Shown: positions 55,231-64,000 of the stretch, in pieces
How positions within the stretch are numbered: the first letter of the stretch is position 1
How the letters are laid out: each line of letters begins with the position of its first letter
Sequence record: PP047755
Origin: Escherichia phage KEP1
Direction: 5' to 3' (one strand)
DNA length: 64,000 nucleotides
Position numbers and translations under genes: made by a program
Notes under the pieces: model-generated
Databases searched by the model: none
Told to the model about the DNA's origin: nothing
The model's input: the letters and a program-made list of their open reading frames with translations, nothing else

Positions 55231-57777
55231 TTAAGCAGTTCTCACCCAAGCCATTAACTTGTAGAACTGGTTAGTAACACTAAATGCTGAACCAGAACCA
55301 GTACCACCTGTGTTACCGCTAACTGTGTGGCTGTGAGCACCAATACCAACAGTGTGGCTGTGGTTACCTGTTGTATTTGTTACACCAGACCAAGTTTTTG
55401 ACGCATTAAAGTTAGCAGGGATACCATAAGTGAAGTTAGAGCCAGTAAAACCCTTAGAAGCAGTTGAGCTACCAAGTGTAAATGCACCACTTGCTGTGTA
55501 GAAGCTGCTAGAGTCACTTCTAAAGTAACCTACTGTACCAGTAATCTCCATAGTCCCTCTGTTATGGTTATGGTTACCAGTTGTGCTGGAAGTCTTAGTG
55601 CCATAATCAAATGATGAAGTGGTAGCAGAGAAGCTATGCGTGTGTGAAGGTAAGTTGCCAACAGATAACGTTACAGAGTCTGAACCACCAGTTGTAGCAA
55701 CATCTGAACCGTTTGCTGCTGCAATTCTAATAGTTCTGCCAACACCATTGTTCAGGTACGTCCAAGTTAGACCAGGAAGTGCTGTATTAGGGTTAACATT
55801 ACTGTTAAACCATGTCACAATACCCACTGGATAGATTTTATTCAGGTCTGTAGAGTCACTAATCGCCTCTGCAATCTTCTGGTCAGTCTCTGCTTTAGTG
55901 TATGCACCAATATCTGAAGGGGTTGGTTTTTGCAAACTTGTGTAGTATTTTGCAATTGTACCCTTCACAATACCTTGTGGAGCATCATCAAATGTCTGTG
56001 GGACTTCAAACAACTGTACACTTGCATTACTAGAAGACTGAACCCTTGTCGTTGTGCTGTTTTGATACGTACCAGCAAGATAGTAAATATCATAGGTGTC
56101 TCCAGAAGTATTCACATAACCAATATCCCTGACAATGGTGTTATCTGATGTTCTCCAAGCAACAACATTTAAGCCCTTTGGATTGTTATTTGAAGTTCGC
56201 AGAACAATTTCACATTTACCTGCTTGTTGTGGTGTATTAATATTAAAACCTGACCCACCAAATACCTCAATAACAGCAGTGGATGCTGATTGTGGCATCA
56301 CAACAGTGGCAATTTTAGCCCACTTATCAGTGTTTCCCACATTGAAGCTAGTGCTTCTGATTCTTAGGTATCTGCTATCACTAGCACTTTGCGTAAAGTA
56401 TCTAGCATCTAAGTTAGAAAAATCTGAAGGTTGAACTTGTCCAGCAATAGTCAATGTTTTGTTAATGTATGATGTTGTATCCCCGAGAACCAATTGGGTT
56501 CCAGAATAACTGTTATTTAGGGTAACATCATTCGTATCAGCACCACCAACACCAATCCACCATCTTGATACATTAGCAGTGTCCACACCACGAATATATA
56601 ATGGTCTATTCTGAGTAGAGTTTTTAACAATCAGACCTTCATTATCCGTAACAACTGTCTGTACACCATTAAAAGTATTCCTTGCATTAGTTCTTGCAAT
56701 CGTACTTAATGTTGCTACCGGAATATATCTAGAGTCAATGTTAGCCCAATCTGAAGGTTGAACTTGTCCAGTGATTTGCACAGTTTTATTGATACCAATA
56801 GTAGTACCTAGTGAAACCTGTGAACCTGTAAGGTAGTTGTAAATGTTTAGACGTGTCTCATCAGAATCTGTACCAACATACCATTTATTTGTTCCATCAG
56901 ACTTCTTACCGAGAATGTAAAGTGCTGTACTTGCATCAGTATTCTGCAAAGTAATAGCATTAGCATTCTTCTTAGCAACAAGGTTAGTGAAAGTGTTAGC
57001 ACCTGTAAAAGTATTATTGCCAGCTAACTGTGCAAATCTCTGATTAGCAACTGTCTGAGTAAAATATCTAGCATCTAAGTTAGAGAAGTCTGAAGGTTGA
57101 ACTTGACCAGTGATTCTAAGTGACTTGTTAAATGCTGCTGTTGCATCAAGGGTTAACATTGCACCAGTAGCATGATTGTACAAATAAACATTAGTACTGT
57201 TTGCATTTCCCTGTCCAACATACCAAGTTTGCTGGTTATTAGCATCTCTACCTTGAATATATGAAGCACCTGCATTGGTTGCCTTCTTAAGAGTTAACTG
57301 CTCACCATCAGTTACAATTGCTTGCCTAATACTGAAGTTATTTGTAACAGCAAGCCTTGCATATCTTGCATCATTCTCTTCATTAGTTCTCATACCAAGT
57401 TCATTAGGGCTTGGTTTATTCAAAGTATGATAAACAGTTGCCGACCTTGTGGCATCTGCAATAGTGAGTTTAAGACCATTTGAGTTAATTTTAAAAGTCT
57501 TTAAAATATCCCCAATAGTAATCTCAGAAGAGCCTGTTGGGTCAAATACTGCCTTACCACCGTAAAGTAACTTGACAATACCTAAATCCCCAACCATAGT
57601 ACTCCCAGCAATCTGAACAAACCTTTCTAGTTTGAAGGAAGCTAAGAAGTCTTGATAGGTCATTCTACGGTCTTCGTCACCCAACATTTCAGGTCTTTTC
57701 TTAACTCTGATGTGCAATAGGTCTTCTGAACGAATTGTGTCGATTGAGTTTAATTGACTCAATTTGTAATCTGCCAT
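55231..57777 (-). CDS. tail fibre protein with internal shaft repeats and His-x-His C-terminal tip
   Basis: Three ~110-aa repeats (ITGQVQPSDFSNLDARYFTQ); C-terminal HTHSF, GNHNHN, GNHSHTVGIGAHSHTV; ends MAWVRTA. Confidence 0.8.
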   Translation of the reverse strand: MADYKLSQLNSIDTIRSEDLLHIRVKKRPEMLGDEDRRMTYQDFLASFKLERFVQIAGSTMVGDLGIVKLLYGGKAVFDPTGSSEITIGDILKTFKINSNGLKLTIADATRSATVYHTLNKPSPNELGMRTNEENDARYARLAVTNNFSIRQAIVTDGEQLTLKKATNAGASYIQGRDANNQQTWYVGQGNANSTNVYLYNHATGAMLTLDATAAFNKSLRITGQVQPSDFSNLDARYFTQTVANQRFAQLAGNNTFTGANTFTNLVAKKNANAITLQNTDASTALYILGKKSDGTNKWYVGTDSDETRLNIYNYLTGSQVSLGTTIGINKTVQITGQVQPSDWANIDSRYIPVATLSTIARTNARNTFNGVQTVVTDNEGLIVKNSTQNRPLYIRGVDTANVSRWWIGVGGADTNDVTLNNSYSGTQLVLGDTTSYINKTLTIAGQVQPSDFSNLDARYFTQSASDSRYLRIRSTSFNVGNTDKWAKIATVVMPQSASTAVIEVFGGSGFNINTPQQAGKCEIVLRTSNNNPKGLNVVAWRTSDNTIVRDIGYVNTSGDTYDIYYLAGTYQNSTTTRVQSSSNASVQLFEVPQTFDDAPQGIVKGTIAKYYTSLQKPTPSDIGAYTKAETDQKIAEAISDSTDLNKIYPVGIVTWFNSNVNPNTALPGLTWTYLNNGVGRTIRIAAANGSDVATTGGSDSVTLSVGNLPSHTHSFSATTSSFDYGTKTSSTTGNHNHNRGTMEITGTVGYFRSDSSSFYTASGAFTLGSSTASKGFTGSNFTYGIPANFNASKTWSGVTNTTGNHSHTVGIGAHSHTVSGNTGGTGSGSAFSVTNQFYKLMAWVRTA

Positions 57778-57823
57778 TATAAATTTTCCTCTTAAAAGGG
57801 GCTACAAAGCCCCTGTAAAGAAA

Positions 57824-58999
57824 TTAAGCTGTTCTCTGCCACACATATACTACAAAAGATGGTTGCTCAACACTGAAAGCTTGACCACCACCAACAGAAC
57901 CAGATGTCCCTGAGTGTGTATGCTCAGAGCTAGAAACAGTAACAGTGCCCGTATGACTGTGTGAACCAATATTAACAGTGTGGCTGTGAGCACCAATTGC
58001 AACAGTATGGCTATGAGCACCAGATGATGCAGTTGTGCCTGAGAAGCTATGGGTGTGAGCACCAGCTAAATCAGTATACATAGCATTACCAACACCAGCA
58101 TCAGCAGATGCAGTAATAGCATTTGTACCGCCCCTATCATTACCCCTCATAGGTACTCTGTGGTTGTGGTTACCAGCATTACTTGTTGTACCACTAAACG
58201 TGTGAGTATGAGCACCAGCACTATTAGTCGTTTTTGTACCGTAGTCAAAAGTTGATGTACTCTTTGAACCATAATCAAAACTAGAGATAGATACACTTGC
58301 AGAGTGTGTATGACCACCACCTGTTAGATAGATAGAGTGTGTGTGTGCTGGTAAATTATTATTCGTTAATGCTACAGTCTGAGAACCAAACATTGAACCA
58401 ACAGGTCTAGAATCTGTATCATAACCAACTAGTGCTCTACCTTTAGAAACTAACTCCCAAGTACCTCCACAAAGCAAGTAAGTTGATGGGTTAGCAGAGT
58501 TAACAGATAGATGAATAGTTCCTACTGGATATGATGCTTGGATAGCTTTGTATAAATTATTCACCGCTCTCGCGGTAGCGTACTTATCAGCATCTTCATT
58601 GTACAGATTAGATGTTGTCCAGTTCTGAACATTACTTAAACCGACCTGTGCTTTCGTTGTATTGTGTGGGTTACTTTTGTCGTCAATATGTTGCTGAATT
58701 AAGTTATTCACTTCTTCTGACGACATAATTTGTAGATTTGCTCTTGCCTCAGCAACATTCACAATGTCTGACAAGTTATTGGCTGCAACTAATTGGAGAG
58801 AGTTAATAACATTATCAAGACCCACTTGCGATTTGGTTACACCATGAGGATTATTCCTCAGAGATGCGTGAGGTGCTAACAACTGTTCAAGCGTACATCT
58901 TTTATCCTCAACACCTTGCTTAAGGTGGAAGATATCACTTAAATCAACTGGTAAGGCCGCTTGTGGCAAGGCACTAATTTGAATTTCACCTACTGCCAT
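57824..58999 (-). CDS. second tail fibre protein with His-x-His repeat tip
   Basis: GAHTHT, GNHNHR, GAHSHTVAIGAHSHTVNIGSHSHTG; C-terminus VYVWQRTA parallels the larger fibre. Confidence 0.8.
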   Translation of the reverse strand: MAVGEIQISALPQAALPVDLSDIFHLKQGVEDKRCTLEQLLAPHASLRNNPHGVTKSQVGLDNVINSLQLVAANNLSDIVNVAEARANLQIMSSEEVNNLIQQHIDDKSNPHNTTKAQVGLSNVQNWTTSNLYNEDADKYATARAVNNLYKAIQASYPVGTIHLSVNSANPSTYLLCGGTWELVSKGRALVGYDTDSRPVGSMFGSQTVALTNNNLPAHTHSIYLTGGGHTHSASVSISSFDYGSKSTSTFDYGTKTTNSAGAHTHTFSGTTSNAGNHNHRVPMRGNDRGGTNAITASADAGVGNAMYTDLAGAHTHSFSGTTASSGAHSHTVAIGAHSHTVNIGSHSHTGTVTVSSSEHTHSGTSGSVGGGQAFSVEQPSFVVYVWQRTA

Positions 59000-59001
59000 T
59001 A

Positions 59002-59304
59002 TTAAGCTCCTACATATTCATATGTGTAAAGGTTTCCTGTACTTGTTGATGCAGTCCCTGTCTCAGATTTAATCAGATTCCAGCCATTAGCCACTAAATC
59101 TGGTTGCTCAGTTGCATATGAGCGAACTTCACCAACAGTGCCGTTTACTTTATTAAGCAGGTAGTTGATAATATAGTTGAACCACTGCCTACCCATAGGT
59201 TCACCCTTTAAAAGACCTGTCTCTTGAACTTCCGGTGGTGGTAAAACTTTTAACTGGTTACCATCAGTATCTACTTCATTTGTAGACCAATTTAAAACTG
59301 CCAT
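59002..59304 (-). CDS. hypothetical structural protein (100 aa)
   Basis: ATGA-coupled within baseplate/fibre operon. Confidence 0.55.
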   Translation of the reverse strand: MAVLNWSTNEVDTDGNQLKVLPPPEVQETGLLKGEPMGRQWFNYIINYLLNKVNGTVGEVRSYATEQPDLVANGWNLIKSETGTASTSTGNLYTYEYVGA

Positions 59305-60158
59305 TAAGAATTTCCTTCTTGTTGTGATTTATCTTTTCTGCCTTTGACAATTTGTGCAACCTCAGCCATGATTCCATATGCACCACCTGCAATAGCTTCT
59401 TTACCAACGATGAAATAGCCACTATTATTGGACCTATCTACAGTCATATAATCATCACTCTGTGAGTTTGCTGTTCTGTCAACCCTAAAGTAACCATCAA
59501 TAACACCAGCATCTGCAAGGCTACCTACTAAGTTGGATTCCAGAGAGCCACCAGTGTTATTTGTGACAAGACCTCTGTTAGCATCAGTTACAAACCAGTT
59601 CTCTTTATCATCAACAATAGCAAGTGATGAATCAGCAACCTCTACAGGTGTCCAAGCAGTTCCATTTAAAGTAACATCTCTTAAGATAACAGCAGAACCA
59701 GTAGTTGTTGCAGAAATCTTTGACAGTGTATATGCAGCATCTAGAACGCTTTTTCTAGTGTTGATACGGATAACGATACCACCAGTCTTAGGAGTAATAT
59801 GCTCAAAAATCTGAGAGAAAGTTGCACCATATAGTGTCATAATTGCTTTTTGCAAGAATGTTGGAGTAGTGTCAGAGCGTCTTAGGAAGATTTGGATATA
59901 AAGCATAGCTCTATATGTTTCATCATCTGCGCCTAAAGGTCTAGGAACTTTAATCAGTGAGCCAATATTATCAAGTTGTTGGCCTACTGACGTCCTGATA
60001 TTTCTCTCTGTGTGCATCTGCCAGCAAACATCCTCTAGAGTTTGTAATTCATCAGTGATTGCTTTCAAGATACTTGTATAGATAAATTTATCTTTAAACT
60101 GTGTTACAGTCCTTTCATCAAGTGTTTTGTAATAAACACTATCAATCTTCTCAAACAT
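59304..60158 (-). CDS. putative baseplate protein (P2 gpI-like by position)
   Basis: Position between J-like gene and fibres; overlapping starts. Confidence 0.5.
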   Translation of the reverse strand: MFEKIDSVYYKTLDERTVTQFKDKFIYTSILKAITDELQTLEDVCWQMHTERNIRTSVGQQLDNIGSLIKVPRPLGADDETYRAMLYIQIFLRRSDTTPTFLQKAIMTLYGATFSQIFEHITPKTGGIVIRINTRKSVLDAAYTLSKISATTTGSAVILRDVTLNGTAWTPVEVADSSLAIVDDKENWFVTDANRGLVTNNTGGSLESNLVGSLADAGVIDGYFRVDRTANSQSDDYMTVDRSNNSGYFIVGKEAIAGGAYGIMAEVAQIVKGRKDKSQQEGNS

Positions 60159-60160
60159 TA

Positions 60161-61629
60161 TTACTCCTTAGTGATGGTATACTGGCTGCTTTCCCAAACA
60201 GTATATTGGTCACCATCAACAGTAATTCTTGCTGTAGTATACTGCCCGTCACTAGGTGGGACTGATTGGCTGTTTGATAAGGCTACTTTAACCTCATTAA
60301 TCTCAATACCTTTAATTACGTCATAGATATATCCATAGATTCTGTTAGGGATAACATCATTACCAACCTTAAGAGTTCTCCCATAAGCATTAATACCTTG
60401 TACAATGCTGTCTCTGATATCCTCTTCAGGGATTGTCAAGCTTTCTTCATCATATAAAGAGTAAGATACTTTAACAAATGCGTATTTTGGTGTTGGTCTG
60501 CTAAAATAAATATTATGTGCCAAACCACCTAAATCATGGGCTGTACCAAAAATTGAGCCATAAGCCCTAATACCAGCAGGTTTTGTATCCCAGATTGCTT
60601 GAGCAACATTATCATTTTGACCACCAACTACAACAATCTTAAAAGATTTTGGTGGAAGACCTTCTGAGCTTGTCTCTTCAGTATCATTCTCAACACCTGA
60701 AGCATCTGAGACACCTTGAACTCTTTTAACAGCAGCTACAATTGCATCCAAAGTCCCTACACCAGTAACTGCTAAAGATTCTAAATATCTCTGTCTAAGT
60801 TCTGTGTCAGTTTCTTCGTTTCTACCAGTTGTTAAGTCATACCTGTTATAAATACTGTCAAGACCATCAACAGTTGTCTCAATCTCAATAAGCGTACCAG
60901 CCAAAGCAGGGGTAGCACCAACCTCTTCAGCTACTACATCTGAAATAGTTGTAATTTTTGTAAAGGTCAGAAACGTTGTTGCAGTGACAACCATAGGGTT
61001 TGTTCTTGCAATGATATCACCCTCGTCTTTATAGACTCTTAATGCGGCTCCATCATTAATAACTTCTGCTTTTGCTACAATACCACCATTAATAGCTTCT
61101 GCCAATTTTGTTAGCAGCGTGGTGATTGTGTCTAATGAGGTTGGTTTATATGAGAAAATGACGTTATCAATAATAATAACATAATCTGCATCAGTTCGTA
61201 AAGAGTTAACTTCAAGGATAGCTTCAACACAATATGATGGAGTAAGGGTAATGTTATTAACTGGATAAAAGATGTTTCCGGCAGTACTTCTTAATCTTGT
61301 TGTTGAAGGAATGGTAGCACCAGTCGTTCCAGTAAACTCAACTTGACCTCTTGTTGCCTGAGCAACATATCTGTATACCGCATTTAAAGCTGTAATATCA
61401 TCAAGGTTAAAGCCTTCAGCCTTATCAATTGTACCTCCATCGTAGATTTCTGATAGAATCTCATGAGTATCTGCTAAAGACCTTGCAATTGAAGCTAGGA
61501 AGAGTCCTAATTGACTATCTTCAGAAACGTCAAGGTTGGGTGAAATATCTCTAAGAAGTCTTGATTTGATATTATCAAAAATTTCCTGATATCTTAGAGT
61601 TTGTAATCCGGTTGTAGTTAATCCTGCCA

Positions 61630-61630
<1 letters not shown>
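60161..61630 (-). CDS. putative baseplate J-like protein
   Basis: 489 aa, gene order V-W-J-I-fibre typical of contractile-tail baseplate modules. Confidence 0.5.
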
Positions 61631-63999
<2,369 letters not shown>

Positions 64000-64000
64000 C

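Overview
This window reads as part of a virulent tailed dsDNA phage genome: AT-rich, tightly packed, and with no host-like genes. Gene content suggests a Felix O1-like myovirus, but that assignment is tentative and rests on recalled gene repertoire, not a search. The window is not T4-like at the polymerase, which carries family A motifs. Layout: (1) 1-6147, plus strand: the 3' end of an Ig-like repeat structural protein, a GH24 endolysin, then 11 small hypothetical ORFs. (2) 6190-7730: a 1.5 kb ORF-free region dense in CTTAACA-type short repeats. (3) 7797-14060, minus strand: an array of 14 small ORFs separated by 13 copies of a conserved regulatory cassette (sigma70-like promoter and/or hairpin, plus a conserved 5'UTR and ribosome-binding site). 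(4) 14487-44156, minus strand: a long block with a TARG1-like macro domain protein, a spanin-like pair, rIIA/rIIB, a NAMPT-like plus Prs-like pair, NrdG/NrdD/NrdH/NrdB/NrdA, three homing-endonuclease-like genes (HNH, GIY-YIG, HNH-AP2), flap endonuclease, SSB-like protein, primase-helicase and dNMP kinase. (5) 44414-54549, plus strand: a family A DNA polymerase interrupted by a 268-nt group I intron, a second HNH-AP2 endonuclease, DNA ligase, DHFR and thymidylate synthase. (6) 54586-64000, minus strand: two HxH-repeat tail fibres and a baseplate module in V-W-J-I-like order. The most interesting candidates are the NAMPT-like/Prs-like pair (possible NAD+ reconstitution counter-defence), the macro domain protein, the intron with its flanking endonuclease, the promoter-hairpin cassette array, and two repeat-rich non-coding regions. 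All functional calls are from motifs read by eye; no searches or folding were run.
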